Origin: an uncultured virus (IMG/VR IMGVR_UViG_3300022753_000048)
Lineage: Duplodnaviria > Heunggongvirae > Uroviricota > Caudoviricetes
Virus record (IMG/VR): IMGVR_UViG_3300022753_000048
Span: 62,001 to 122,525 of that record
DNA length: 60,525 nucleotides
Direction: 5' to 3' (one strand)
Both the position numbers and the translations under genes were made by a program. The notes under the pieces are model-generated. The model was not told where the DNA came from. It ran no database searches and was given only the letters and a program-made list of their open reading frames with translations. This document shows, piece by piece, positions 10,725 through 23,400 of the stretch. Position 1 is the first letter of the stretch, and the number at the start of each line of letters is the position of its first letter.

Positions 10725-11777
10725 ATGGCTACTATTAAAGAACTAAAAGAGTTGGCTCTGCACGCTGTCCGTGGTACTGCTCCTGCTAACTACACTGCTG
10801 AGACCGTTGATGAGGCTCTGCGCGGCGAACTAGCTGCTATGTGTGATTCCATCAACAACTTCCAGCGCAATAAATATGATATTTTTGAAATTTTGATTAC
10901 CGCTGCTGATGAAGTCGTTCCTAAGAAGGCTTTTGAGGTTATGGGTATGTTTGCTGAGATCAAGAACGTTCCTCAGGGTCAGAAGGCTCTGTTCCGTGTA
11001 AAGGGTCTAGGCAAGGACCGTGCAAAGAAGTTCCTAACTCGCGTTGGTCTATCTGGTCTTTACGAGACCTTCCGTCTAGATAACGAGACCTTCGAACTAG
11101 GCGCATACGCAATTGGTGGAGCTGCTAGAATTGACTTCGAGCGTTTCCTAGATGGCGCTGATAACATGGCTGACCTGATGGAAATCGTTACCGAAGGTTT
11201 GACCGACGCTGTATTCGGTGAAGTTCAGAAGGCTTTGATTGCTGCTAAGGATGCTGTTGGTCGTCCTGATGCTAACAAGGTTATTTCCGATAAATTCGAG
11301 AGCGACAAGATGTTCAAGCTGGTAAGTGTAGTTAAGGCTTACGGTGGTGCTGCTGTTATCTTCGCTCCTCCTGAGTTCGTTGGTGAAATGGGTCCCGATG
11401 CTATAGTTCCTGTTAGTGTTGCTGGCCAGCAGGCTGTTTACCATCCTAACGACATTGAGGCTATCTATAGAACTGGTTATGTGAATGTCTTCCGTGGCAC
11501 TCCTATCGTTCAGATTCCTCAGTCCTTCATTGACCAGAAGAACGACAGAACTTGGATTAATCCTCAGTTTGCTTACGTTCTACCTGCTGGTAAAGAGAAG
11601 GTTGTTAAGATTGTCTTCGAAGGCGCTACTCAGATGTGGGATTTCATCAACCGTGACCAGTCTATCGAAATCCACACCTACAAGAAGATGGGTGCTGCTA
11701 TCATGACCCACCACAATTGGGGTATCTATCAGAATACCAGCATTCCTGACACTTCCGATTTCCCCTACGGTATCTAA
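10725..11777 (+). CDS. major capsid protein
   Basis: 350 aa, AAGGAGG RBS, strong codon bias, followed by a terminator; position in the head module; no TAG. Confidence 0.8.
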   Translation: MATIKELKELALHAVRGTAPANYTAETVDEALRGELAAMCDSINNFQRNKYDIFEILITAADEVVPKKAFEVMGMFAEIKNVPQGQKALFRVKGLGKDRAKKFLTRVGLSGLYETFRLDNETFELGAYAIGGAARIDFERFLDGADNMADLMEIVTEGLTDAVFGEVQKALIAAKDAVGRPDANKVISDKFESDKMFKLVSVVKAYGGAAVIFAPPEFVGEMGPDAIVPVSVAGQQAVYHPNDIEAIYRTGYVNVFRGTPIVQIPQSFIDQKNDRTWINPQFAYVLPAGKEKVVKIVFEGATQMWDFINRDQSIEIHTYKKMGAAIMTHHNWGIYQNTSIPDTSDFPYGI

Positions 11778-11785
11778 GTTTTTTC

Positions 11786-11816
11786 AAGGGGTGAGTTTAC
11801 TCACCCCTTTTATTTT
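11786..11816 (+). terminator. rho-independent terminator after the capsid gene
   Basis: AAGGGGTGAG-TTTA-CTCACCCCTT followed by TTATTTT. Confidence 0.8.
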
Positions 11817-11843
11817 AATTTGAGTTAAAAGGAGAGTTCTATA

Positions 11844-12308
11844 ATGAATGATAAAGTAATGGTTACAAGTATGGTCGGTGGCACTGTTAGCGCTTCTTCT
11901 CTGGAGCACAGAGTTTGGAATAAGAAGGGTCAGAAGTTACCTGTAAGTAAAGATGTTCTGCGCGAAGCTATTTACGAGCCTGGCGTAGAATATATGTTTA
12001 AGAATGGTATTCTATATATTGATGATATGGAGTTCAAGATTGAACTTGGCTTGGAAGCACCTGGTACTGAAACTCCCACTGAAGTTTTACCTGTTGATGA
12101 CAAGTATTTAAATCGTGTCTTGAAGTTAATGCCAGTATCTGAAATGAAGGCCTCTATCGATAAAATGAGTATTGTTCAGAAGCAAGAATTAGTTGATTAT
12201 GCTTCCAAGCAGAATGACATCTAGCTAGACCGTCTAGCTATTGTTTCTGAAAAATGTGGTGTTGATGTTTTAAAAACTATTGAATTGAACAGACAGAAGG
12301 AGGTATAA
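11844..12308 (+). CDS. hypothetical virion-module protein (1 TAG)
   Basis: Reading through TAG at 12222 ends at TAA 12306-12308, just before the next ATG. Confidence 0.7.
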
Positions 12309-12309
12309 T

Positions 12310-12738
12310 ATGACTCCTTTTAGTAAGGTTTATGATGCTTTCTTGTCAAGAATCCTTGAGGATGAGTGGTAGCATTGGATGATGGAAGAAGCCAAACAAG
12401 ATTGGTTTCAAATTATGACCAACGCTTTATCTTGGTTTAAATTTCCAAGAGTTTCTTTAGAATACGATGAAGAAGGTTTTGTAGACGATTTAAACAATGA
12501 AGAAATCCAAATTATAGCTGATTTTATGAAGTGTGAATGGTTGAATCGCTGTATCATGACCTGGGAAAATGTTAAGCCCTTATATGAAGAAAGAGACTTT
12601 TCTTAGGCTAATTTGCTTGATAAATTAAATAGTCTTTATAAGGCTCAAGAGGAGAAAGCGCGTTGGCGCGAAGCGACTTATTATCGCTCTAGAAAGGGTA
12701 AACCTTTCGATTTCTCTAAGTTGGCAGGTGGTAATTAA
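12310..12738 (+). CDS. putative head-tail adaptor (2 TAG)
   Basis: MTPFSKVYDAFLSRI...ERDFS*ANLLDKL; GGAGG RBS; TAATG coupling; neck position. Confidence 0.55.
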
Positions 12739-12992
12739 TGGATAAGCAGATTAAAGAGGCTTATAACAACAAACTAAAAAGCAAACTATTCGGTTTGCTC
12801 TGTGAGAGAGAGAAGGGGCGCGATTGGGAGAAATTTCTCGATTCAATCTTGATTGAACTTATGGGATATAGCGAAGAAGAAAAGACCATCAACTACTACA
12901 CTTTATATCACAAGTTATCTACTTTGAAATATTTAAGATACGAATATTTCAGAGGAGTTATTTTTGATTGTATGGATTTGATTTCAAAATGA
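12738..12992 (+). CDS. hypothetical neck-region protein
   Basis: 84 aa, coupled on both sides. Confidence 0.7.
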   Translation: MDKQIKEAYNNKLKSKLFGLLCEREKGRDWEKFLDSILIELMGYSEEEKTINYYTLYHKLSTLKYLRYEYFRGVIFDCMDLISK

Positions 12993-13714
12993 ATTATTTT
13001 GAAGATGTTTATTTAAAGCGTTTAAATCGTTATGGATATGATTACCAAAGTCGTGTTCAAGCATAGCGCGAGTAGGTTTTTGAAGGCTTGTTATTAAAGA
13101 GCATTTATAGAGTGGATTTTGTTTATGATAATGAAATGCATCCTGGCCTATTAGAAAGATACAAGCAAGATGAAACTGAAACTATGCAATATTTGCTCAC
13201 TAGAGTGGGCCTTAATATGCCTAGCGGGACTGTATTAATGATTCCCGATAAAGATATGAAAGAATAGCCTTGGCTTGTTTATTGGTTGGAATCCATTAAA
13301 GCTAGTGGATATAATCGATATATCGTTTTAAAAATGACACATTTTATTACTTGGCGCGATCGTAGTGATATCGAGCGTTCTACTTGGTGTTATCTATATG
13401 GCCAAGAAGATAATATGTTAAAAGACGAAATCAGGTCAAGAAGTCGCTCTGACGTTATCTATGCTGAAAATTTAAAATCTAGTTTCTTTGTATGTCCTAC
13501 GAATGAATTTATTCGTAAAGATGATTATATGGAAATTGGAGTTGGTACATTAAAAGAAGCTTATCGAGTAACAGGCTATGATATTATTTCAACTCCTGGA
13601 ATTGAATATGTCACTGTAGACCCTGTTTATTTGAGAGACCACTCTGAGCCACCAATATAGAAAGAAGGAGACGACCCGGCTGCATTCTTCTGGTTAAATG
13701 GAGGCGTTGAATAA
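12989..13714 (+). CDS. putative head closure/neck protein (4 TAG)
   Basis: ATGA start and TAATG end once TAG is read through; neck position. Confidence 0.55.
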
Positions 13715-14205
13715 TGGGCGTTAGAAATTGTCGAGAAATAGGTGAAAACTTATAGAAAATAGTCCAGCGACTTATGGCCAATGATAGATTAGTAAATTTA
13801 TTATACTATACCGACAAAGACCCTCTAAGTCAGCCACATTTAACTTAGGAGCAGAAAAAAGAACTAATCTTTGAAAAATTGATAAAACTGACTCCAAGAA
13901 TTGGTCCAAAGGAAGATGCAAAATCCATTATAGTGATTAAAGCAGTTAGGGCTAACAAATTAAATAGTAATACTGAATTTAAGGACGTAAAGATTCAAGT
14001 TGAGGTAATAGTGCCGTTAACTCAGTGGTTTATTAAAGATGTTAATTTGCGCCCATATCTTATTTTAGGTGAAATAGAAGAATCATTAAATGGAAAAACA
14101 GTAAATGGTTTAGGAAAAATGACTGGCGGAGATTTTGATACAAACTTTTTTACTGATGAAGTAAGCGATTTCGAACAAACCTTTTGGATAACTTCTTATG
14201 AGTAA
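13714..14205 (+). CDS. putative tail completion/terminator protein (2 TAG)
   Basis: Coupled start at 13714 in frame with fragment 13879; position before the tail tube gene. Confidence 0.5.
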
Positions 14206-14947
14206 AGAATTATTTTTTATTGGCGCGCCGGTCCAATTCAAAACTGGTGTTTAGATATATCCGCCAACATTGAAAGAAGTTATAACAAACTAGGGATATG
14301 GAAATTATTTAAGAGTATTGACTTACTCTCAAGAAGAAATAGAAGATATTTTTGTTAAAGAGAAAAAGGATTTGTCTAGCTTTCCAACTCCAATTGAGTT
14401 TTTATTGAATAATTGTTACCATAATGCAGATTATGAAAGAATTTGCAAAGAAGCTTTTAAGTTTTTCTTAAAAACAGATGTTGACTTTTTGTATGATAAA
14501 AAACTTATTTTAATTGGTAAGATAGAAGATGTTCTTAAAAACATTCGATCCTTAAATGACTTAGTTGTAATATCCGAAGCTGAGTTCTTTGATTTTTAGA
14601 ATCTAATTCGTTTAGCTACTGATTAGAAACCAGTTGAGCCGCCTAATCCGAATGAACATCCTAGAATTAAAGCAATGAAAGCTAAAGCTCGTTACAGAGA
14701 TAAGATTAAAGCTAAACAAGCAGCTAAAACTGGAATTACACTTTTTAGTACAATGGCTTCAATTTGCTGTATGGGCATTGGATTGACTCCACTTAATATC
14801 GGAGAGATAAGTTATGTGTCCATGTAGGCTATTTTGAATCAATATCAGACTAAAGAAAAGTATGAGATTGATATTGATAGTTTACTTGCTGGCGCAGACT
14901 CAAAAAAGATTAAACCCAAATATTGGATTAGAAATTTGGAAGAATAA
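14198..14947 (+). CDS. tail-module protein, possible tail assembly chaperone (5 TAG)
   Basis: Continuous frame with only TAG interruptions; ends ...LLAGADSKKIKPKYWIRNLEE then TAA. Confidence 0.5.
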
Positions 14948-14963
14948 AATAGGAGGCTTTTAA

Positions 14964-15824
14964 ATGGCTAATATTCTTGATAGATATGGCATTAAGGAAG
15001 TTGCTGACGTAACCTTCTACGAGCTAAGCAACACTGGTATGCCTACTCATCCAGTTCTATACCTGGATACCTTGAAAGTTTCTACCATTGAGCAGACTGC
15101 TGAAGAAGCCGAAGCTCGCGGTGGTAAGGGTAACGCTGCTCTAATCGCTTGGGACTACGGTAAGGAAATCAACGTCACTCTGGAAGACGCTCTGTTCTCT
15201 GCTAAGTCCATGGCTATTATGTTCGGTAATGGTACTGTTAAGGATTTTGATTCTAGCAAAAATACTGAAACCGACGCTAATGCTGACTTCATTATGAAAA
15301 CTATTCAGATTGTTCCTACTGAGAAGGGTAAGGACCCTAACGCTGATGCAGATGGTAAGTCTTGGTGGATTGGTCCTGACGGCAAGAAGTATGAAATGCT
15401 AAATGCAAAGTATTATGATGCAAAGGGCACTGCTATTGCAGCAACTGCAATGGAAGTTGGTCAGAGATATCTATGCACTTTTGACTTGAAGGCTACTGGT
15501 GCAGTTATCGAAGTTTCTGGTAACAGTTTCCCTGGCACCTATTATGTTGTTGGTGATACTTTCGCTCGTTCCGAAGCTTCTGGTAACGACGAAATGTTCC
15601 AGTTCATCATTCCTAAGGCTAAGGTTACTTCTGAGAATACTATCACTCTAGAGGCTGAAGGCGATCCTTCTGTCTTTAATATGAGTTTGAAGGTTTTGCG
15701 TCCTGCTGACGGTATTATGATGAAGCTGATTAAGTATGAGCTAAGTGGTGGCGATGATGTTGCTACTGATGCAGCTGCTAAGTTGGTTCACAACCACGTT
15801 TTGACTGAAGTAGCTGCTGGCTAA
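14964..15824 (+). CDS. major tail tube protein
   Basis: 286 aa, AGGAGG RBS, strong codon bias, followed by a terminator, upstream of the tape measure gene; no TAG. Confidence 0.75.
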   Translation: MANILDRYGIKEVADVTFYELSNTGMPTHPVLYLDTLKVSTIEQTAEEAEARGGKGNAALIAWDYGKEINVTLEDALFSAKSMAIMFGNGTVKDFDSSKNTETDANADFIMKTIQIVPTEKGKDPNADADGKSWWIGPDGKKYEMLNAKYYDAKGTAIAATAMEVGQRYLCTFDLKATGAVIEVSGNSFPGTYYVVGDTFARSEASGNDEMFQFIIPKAKVTSENTITLEAEGDPSVFNMSLKVLRPADGIMMKLIKYELSGGDDVATDAAAKLVHNHVLTEVAAG

Positions 15825-15841
15825 TAAGTAAATAAGAATTT

Positions 15842-15876
15842 AGGAGGATGGCAGGTGTCATCCTCCTTTTCTTTTT
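15842..15876 (+). terminator. rho-independent terminator
   Basis: AGGAGGATGGC-AGGT-GTCATCCTCCT followed by TTTCTTTTT. Confidence 0.75.
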
Positions 15877-15946
15877 AAGGAGAAATTTGGTATGAAAGTT
15901 TTATATTTATAATTTATTCTTTTTACTTAAATATAGAGGTGAGAGA

Positions 15947-16624
15947 ATGATTGGTTTTATTTATAAATACACAAGTCCTAGTGGGAAATCATATATAGGA
16001 CAAACAATAAAAACGGTTGAACAAAGAGCTAAATATACTGGAGAAGGATATAAAAAATGCCCAGTTTTTTATCAAGCAATTTTAAAATATGGTTTTGAAA
16101 ATTTTACTTGTGAAATTTTAGAGTAGATAGAGGCACAAACTAAACAAGAACTAAAAGAAAAATTAAATATATTAGAGCAAAAATATATAATTCAATATAG
16201 AACCTTGGCGCCATTAGGTTATAACATTCGCTCGGGTGGAGAATCAGATTCTTGTTTTTCTAAAGAATCTAAGGTATGCGCTACGGGTTCTTAGCATTTT
16301 AATTGGCGTTCTGATTTAGACGAAGAAAAAATACGTCAATTATATGAATCTGGTTTAACTTTAAAGAATATTTCTGAATATACTGGTATATCAAAAGGAA
16401 CAATTAAGCGTCATATATAGGATATGGGCATTTTAAAAGAAAAAAAATATAATCAACCAGTAGTAAAAATAGATAAAAATGGTAATATTTTAAAGAGGTG
16501 GGAATCAGCTTCTGAGGCAGAACGCGATGAAGGCAAAGGTAAAAATTCTATCGGAAGATGCTGCCGAGAACGGAGACGCCCATATAAAGGTATTACTTAT
16601 CGTTTTGAAGGAGAGAGTTTGTAA
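15947..16624 (+). CDS. free-standing GIY-YIG homing endonuclease (3 TAG)
   Basis: MIGFIYKYTSPSGKSYIGQT, KYGFENF, GYNIRSGG, HTH and NUMOD1-like C-terminus (WESASEA); in frame with fragment 16424. Confidence 0.85.
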
Positions 16625-17418
16625 TGGATAATAATGAGTTTGGCTTAAAAGAGTTGACTGACATCACCTTAAAAGCTACTTATCCTATAGAAATGGCTGG
16701 TCGAAAATTCGAGCCAGGTGAGGTTGTGGCGCGATTTGATAAAATTCAAATTGCTAACTTCAAAGAAATTACTTCAAGAGTTAGCGCCAATGGTGGTTAT
16801 GATAATCGCGCTCATGTGATTTGGGAGGACCCAAAAGAAATTCAATTAAATTTTACCCAAGGAATTTTTTCTGCTCGTTAGTTTGCACTATTGTGCAATT
16901 CGCGCCTTGTATATTAGCATCCAGAAGAATGTATATTAGTACCAGTTCATTTTAAAGGTGAAACTAATGAACATGGTTTAATTGAAGTGGGTAAGACTAA
17001 CATTTCAAATGTTTTTGTATATGATGCAAAAACTTTTGAGAGAATTATTCCAACAGCAATTGATTTGGAAAAAGGCAAAATTATGGTTGAGCGACCTTTC
17101 ACAGATATAGAAGTTGATTTTGATTATTGTTATCAAAATGGAGGAACTTCTTGTTATCTTGGCCGCAAACTGATTGAGGGTTATCTTCAACTTGAAGGTA
17201 AATCAAGAGTAAAAGATGATATAACTGGTAAAACTCGCACTGCGATTTTACGAATCCCACGATTAAAGTTAGTATCTGATTTAACAATGCGTCTAGGACG
17301 TGAGGCTACTCCGGTATTGGCGAATTTCAATGCCATTGGTTTACCTGTGGGTGGAAAAGGAAGCAAAAAGATTATGGAATTGCTTTTTCTAAACGATGAT
17401 ATAGATGCAGATATGTAA
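16624..17418 (+). CDS. tail tube paralogue / minor tail protein (2 TAG)
   Basis: Fragments 16624 and 16987 are in frame. N-terminal FGLKELTDITL and C-terminal RIPRLKLVSDLTMRL..PVLANF resemble the 14964 protein. Confidence 0.6.
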
Positions 17419-17420
17419 GT

Positions 17421-17460
17421 AAGTCAGTATTAGCTCTTGTGGGCTAATACTGATTTTTTG
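17421..17460 (+). terminator. rho-independent terminator
   Basis: AGTCAGTATTAGCTC/GGGCTAATACTGATT stem followed by a T run. Confidence 0.7.
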
Positions 17461-17479
17461 TTTATGTGAGGTGTAGTGA

Positions 17480-20400
17480 ATGGCTGACAAAAAGATAAAC
17501 TTGGAGTTTTAGGCTAAGGTTTCAACTGATGTTGGCAATGTAAAAACAATTATAGCTAATCTAAAAAATGAATTAGGAAAACTTTAGATTCCTGCTGGCG
17601 CGACTAAGGGATTTGAGCATAGTTTAAATAATTTAAACAGAGAAGTGCAAGAATTTGAAGCTTTATTGGCTGGCGGAGTTAGTTCTTTAAATGATACTCG
17701 CAAATTAGAAACTTCTTGGAAAAGAGTTACTACTATTTTAGATACCATTGGTGTTTAGATTAAGGATTTAGGACTGGCAGGCGATAAAATTTTCCCCAAG
17801 TCTGTAACCACTAATATTGAAAAAGCCAATAAAGCTATGACTGCATATCAGCAAAAAGTGGCTGCTATTAGAGAAACTCAAGAGTTCAAAGATAAGTAGG
17901 CAGGTCAAAGCGAAGCAGTAACCAAGCGTAATTAGGCTCAAGCTAATTTAGCCAGAGAAGAAAAAAGACTAAGAGATTTGTAGGTAGAATATGATTCAAA
18001 GAAGGCGGCCTGGGATAAAAACCGTGCAACGGAATATGCTGCATAGCAAAGTGAGATTGCTGAATTAACTACCAAAATAAATTAGTAGACTGCTGCGCTT
18101 GAATAGCAAAAAGAAGTTCAAAAGCAACTTGCTCAGCAAGGAGTTGTGACCCAAAAGGGCGAAATAACTGATAGACATTCTAAAGCATTTCCAAAAGTAG
18201 ACGCTGAAATTGCTAGACTTAAGGAAGCAAAAAGAGTCGCAGATGAAGCTAAAAAGGCGGCTGAAGCTGAAGAAGAAGCAGCTAAAAAGGCTTAGTCTGT
18301 AGCACGCGGAAAAGTCACTAAAGCAAAGAATAAGCATGGCGAAAACAGTAAGGAAGTAAAAGAGGCCGGTGCTGCAAAAGTAGAAGCTGAAAATCGTTAT
18401 GCTGAAGCTCACAAAAAGACCCTTGAAGCTATTACTTAGGTAGAGCAGGCAGAAAAGGACCTATAGACTGCTCAACAAACAAAAGCTGATTTATAGAAAA
18501 AGTCTTAGGAAGCCGAAAATAGCAAATCTTAGGTAGACGCTATTACCAAATAGAAAGAAGCCTTAGAAAAGCAAAGAGATGCTTTATAGACTAGCACCCA
18601 AGAGCATGAGAGATACAAGGCAAGTTTGGATAGAACTGAAAGTGCGCTAGAAGATTAGAAAACTAAGGTTGAAACTTATCGAACAGCGCTTAGTACTGCT
18701 ACCACAGAAGTGCAGCGTTTTGACGCCGAATTAGAACAATTAGAATTAGATGGCTCCAAAACAGAATGGGAAGAGATAGTCCGAGTAGTAAAGGAATTTA
18801 CTGGCGTTGACCTATCTGGATTCCAAGGAGATATGTCTAAAGTAACTTCCATACTTGAGCAATATAAGATGGGAGAGATTTAGAAATCTCCTGAAACTAT
18901 GAAGAGACTTGCGGCGGAACTGCAAAAAGTTATTGCTCCTGCTTAGGGTACTAAGCAAGCGATAAATGGGCTTTCTGAAGAATTTAAAGAGCTTAATCGC
19001 GCAGAATAGGACATGGAGAGATTGAAGAACTAGGTTCTTGATTTCTTCTCTTTAAGTAATGCCATTCAGATTTTCAAAAATGCCATTCGTGATGCTTTTG
19101 AAACTGTTAAAGAACTTGATGCAGCTATGACTGAAACTGCGGTAGTTACCGATTTCTCTGTTGGAGATATGTGGGATAAACTACCAGAGTATTCTGAATA
19201 GGCTACTTAGTTGGGTACTTCTATTAAGAGTTTATATGAAGCAACCACACTTTACTATCAGCAGGGCTTGAAAACCGAAGCAGCTATGGGCGTTGGTATT
19301 GAAACCATGAAGATGGCGCGAATTGCCAATATGGATGCTGCGGCAGCAACTGAGGCTATGACTGCAGCATTGCGTGGTTTCAACATGGAAATCAATGAAA
19401 CTAGTGCAACTCGTATTAACGATGTTTATTCTGAGCTGGCAGCTATTACTGCTTCTGACACAGAGCAAATTGCAACTGCTATGTCCAAGACTGCTTCCAT
19501 TGCAGCATCTGCTAACATGGAATTTGAGACTACTGCGGCTTTACTAGCACAAATTATTGAAACCACTCAGGAAGCACCAGAAACTGCTGGTACTGCAATG
19601 AAGACTATTATTGCTCGTTTTACTGAGGTTAAGCAATTATTTAGTGAAGGTATGCTAACTGGTGAAGACGGTGAAGGCGAAGAGATTAATATCAATAAGA
19701 TTGATGCTGCTTTAAAGACTGTTGGTATTTCTCTAAAAGACTTCTTAAATGGCACTAAAGGTATTGATGATATTTTCTTAGAACTAGCTTCTAAATGGAA
19801 TAGTCTTGACCTAGCAACTTAGCGTTATATTGCTACTACTGCGGCTGGTTCTCGTCAACAGTCCCGTTTTATTGCTATGATGAGTAATTATGACCGTACC
19901 ATGGAACTTGTTGAGGCTGCTAATAATAGCGCTGGAGCAAGTTCTGAGCAATTTGGTAAAACACTAGAAAGTTTAGACGCCAAGTTACAGAAATTACAAA
20001 ATGCTTGGGATACATTTACTATGGGTTTGGCTAATAACCAAGCTATTAAAATTGCGGTTGATATGCTAACTGGCTTATTAAATATTGTTAATGACCTAAC
20101 TGGCGCTTTGGGCAATGGCATTAGTGCGATATTAAAATTAGGCGCTGCTTTCGGCGCAATGAAGCTAGGTAAATCCTTCCTAGGTGCCTTGACCATTGGT
20201 TTAAATCCTAAAAATGATACTTCTACTCTACAAGCTTTGGGTATGGAGTATACGAATTTAGGAAAAGCAGCAACAGAAACTTGGGAAAAGATGAAGGCTA
20301 ATAAGATAGGTAATTGGACTTCTGGTATTAGCGCCATGATTGGTCTTGTTGCAAAATTAACGGCGGAAGTTGGTAAACAAGCTGGATGGAATAAGCAATG

Positions 20401-23400
20401 GACTAATAGCCTAGAAACTGTTGCTACTGCCGCATCTACAGCAGCAGTTGCAATTCAATTCCTAAATATGGTAGGCTTGTCTAATCCATATTTTGCTATC
20501 GCGACGGCAATACTAGCTCTTGGTTATGCCATTTATAAAATAACTAGTGATATTAGCCATGCAAAATCTATTGAAGGTTAGATTGAAGCAGCAGAAGAAC
20601 AAACTAGAGCTGCTGAATCTGCGGCTAATGATGCGCGAGAAGCCTATATGAATTTATTCAATATGGGCAATAGCTATACAGATACTCAGGAGAGATTGGC
20701 TGAATTAACTGAGGGTACTGAAGAATATACAAGAGCTTTAATAGACGCCAATAATCAAGTTTTAGCTATGATAGAAGCATATCCCGGCTTGTAGAAATAT
20801 TTGAGAATGACTAATGGTGTGCTTTCTTTCGATGAGAGGGGCTACCAACAATACCTGGCTGACTTGGAGTCTGGAACTGTAAAAACACAAACAGCTACAA
20901 TTGCAGCTAGAGCCAGTGAGGCTCAATTAAGATATAAAGAGAAATAGCAAGAAATTAGCATTGATTTTACTAATTGGATTAGTAATGAAAGCAACCATTC
21001 AGTCGAAGATTTAGATAAGATATTTGAGTTTTTTAGCTATGGAGCTATAGGTTTGGATTATGGCTCTTCTATTTTGGCGCTTCGTCTTTAGGAAGCTGGC
21101 AACTTAGAGGGAGGTCTGGCCGCCTATGCAAATCAATTTAACATTCCAGAAGAAACTTTACAATAGTTTAGCAGCTTTATTACTGAAAAATGGACTCAAT
21201 CTGCAGAAGGATAGAGCTATTTTAGCAGATTGGAAGAATCACGATACAATGTAGATTCTTTGAATAATTAGATGGCTCGAGATATCGTTGATAACAGCAT
21301 TATTTCAGACGAAGGAACTGAAAGTGTTATTGCAAAAATAATAGCAGATAAAATTGCTGTTGGCGATGAAGTTTAGTCCGAAGTCGACCTTATTAAAGAT
21401 AAAAACTTAGAACAATTACAAGAAATGTATAAAGAAGTCTTTGGTATTGATTTTAGCTTAGTTGCTGATTCTTATATGACCGATGGAGAAGTTGATAGAG
21501 AAAAAGTAATAAATGCTATAGCGACAGAGCGTGCGCGGTCTACTTACGCTAATCAGGCTAAAGACTTAGAAGCTGGAATAGAATAGTATTTCAAAGCTAA
21601 TCCAGACAATTCTGATACTTTTAAAGCTTTGCTAGCTGGCGAAACCAATGATGGAAATATCATTGATAAAATTCTACAGATGGGCGGAGATTCTGGAAAG
21701 CTTTCTGTAGAAAAAATCTTGGGTGAATTTGATATAGATGCTTTAGCTGAGATTTTAGATACGGATGCTGAAAATATAAAAACTTAGCTTACTGTATCCT
21801 TAAATAAATTTGCTAAAATGAGAGTTTAGCTAGTTCAAGATGTGGCTGGCAAACTTGCTGAAGGCGGATTGTAGAGAGACGCTGCTTTGCAATATGCGAA
21901 TAAGCTTACCTTTGAAAATGCTACTTACTTAAACGAAGTTGCTTCAGCTTTGTAGCAAGGTTTAGGTGAAGGTGGATTAACCGCACTTAATACTATGTTG
22001 CAAGAGGGATTAAGCGAACATTTCTTTGCTAATCAAAAAGAAATTTCTGAAGTAATAAATAGCATCAATTTTAACAATCCTATTCAAGCAGTTGGATAGC
22101 TAACGAGAGCATTTGAAAATGGTTCTGATACCATGAAAACTTTCGTTAATAACATTCTAGCTATTAATCAAAGTACCTTAGGTCTTAGCGCACAATTTAA
22201 ATATTTACTAACTACTGCTGAATTTGGTGAAATCAAAGATGACATTGCTGATATGGTTAAAGAAACCGGCCGTGTCGATGCCAAGGGTATTACCGAGTTG
22301 GCTGAAGAATGTGATTATTTAAATGATATTATGGAACAAACTGGTATAACTGCTGAAGGCATGGCCAAAGCTCTAACTATGTTAGAAGATGGCACTTTAG
22401 AGGTTAATCAATTAACAGACGCAGTTTTGGCTAGTTTTAAGGCTTTTGATGGTCTTGAATCTATAATTTCTAGTGTTCATTCAAAGTTTGAAGATTTTGA
22501 CACCACTGATCGGCAAGGCGAAATTCAAGATTTCGTAAATAGTGCGGCAGAATAGGTTAAAGAAAGCGTTGAGATGGGCGCTTGGGGTAATGAGTTAACT
22601 TTTGACTATTTAGCTGAGCTATTTGGTACCGACTTTGTTGACGCTGCAGCAGATGATTTACGTGGTGCTATTGAAAAATATAATGCCGTTCTTTAGGAAT
22701 TAGGAACTGGCAGTATGTCTGCTGTTTTTGAACGATTAGCAAGAGGCAAAGACGTTTTAGGTAATACTATTAAGGGTGCTACTGGCAGTTTGCAAGAAGG
22801 ATATACTTACACAGATGAAAATGGTAAATCTTTCTCTATGCAGGAAACTGAAGGTATGTTAACTTTAGATGGTTATCAAAACTTCTCTTCTTCTGTTGAA
22901 TTCGTTGACTTTTTAGCCAATACCGCTGGAATGAGTGAAGCAGGTGCAAAAGCTGCTCTTGCATGGTGGAGCAATTATTCTACTGATATGAGAGAATATT
23001 TTGCTAAAGCTGACGAGCAAATAGCAAGAACAGAATTTATTGAAGCTTTAGGCGGTGTAGTTGACCAAAGTGAAATTGATGCTTATGCTAGTATTTGGAA
23101 TTTAACAACTGAATAGGTAGAAGCATTAAATGCAGAACTGGCTGAGGCATAGATTAGAGTTACCGATTTTTATGAAGAAAGTGGAAAGTTAAAAAAGACT
23201 GAAGATATTATGAGTTCTGTCGCCGAAGCCATGGCCGAGGATGGCCGCTACGGTGGCTTGGAAAGAGTAGTAGGTGCCGCTTATAAAAAGGTTGACGGAA
23301 TAACTCAAATTGGAGAAAATATTTAGCTTCTCAATTTAGATAGTTTGTTTAACTATTTGAGAGAATATAAAGTGCCAGAAGGTGCTTGGGATGGAATCAT

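Noticed and set aside
16624..17480. Programmed -1 frameshift tail chaperone pair before the tape measure gene
   Set aside because: The two ORF fragments are in the same frame, are joined by TAG readthrough, and resemble the tube protein.
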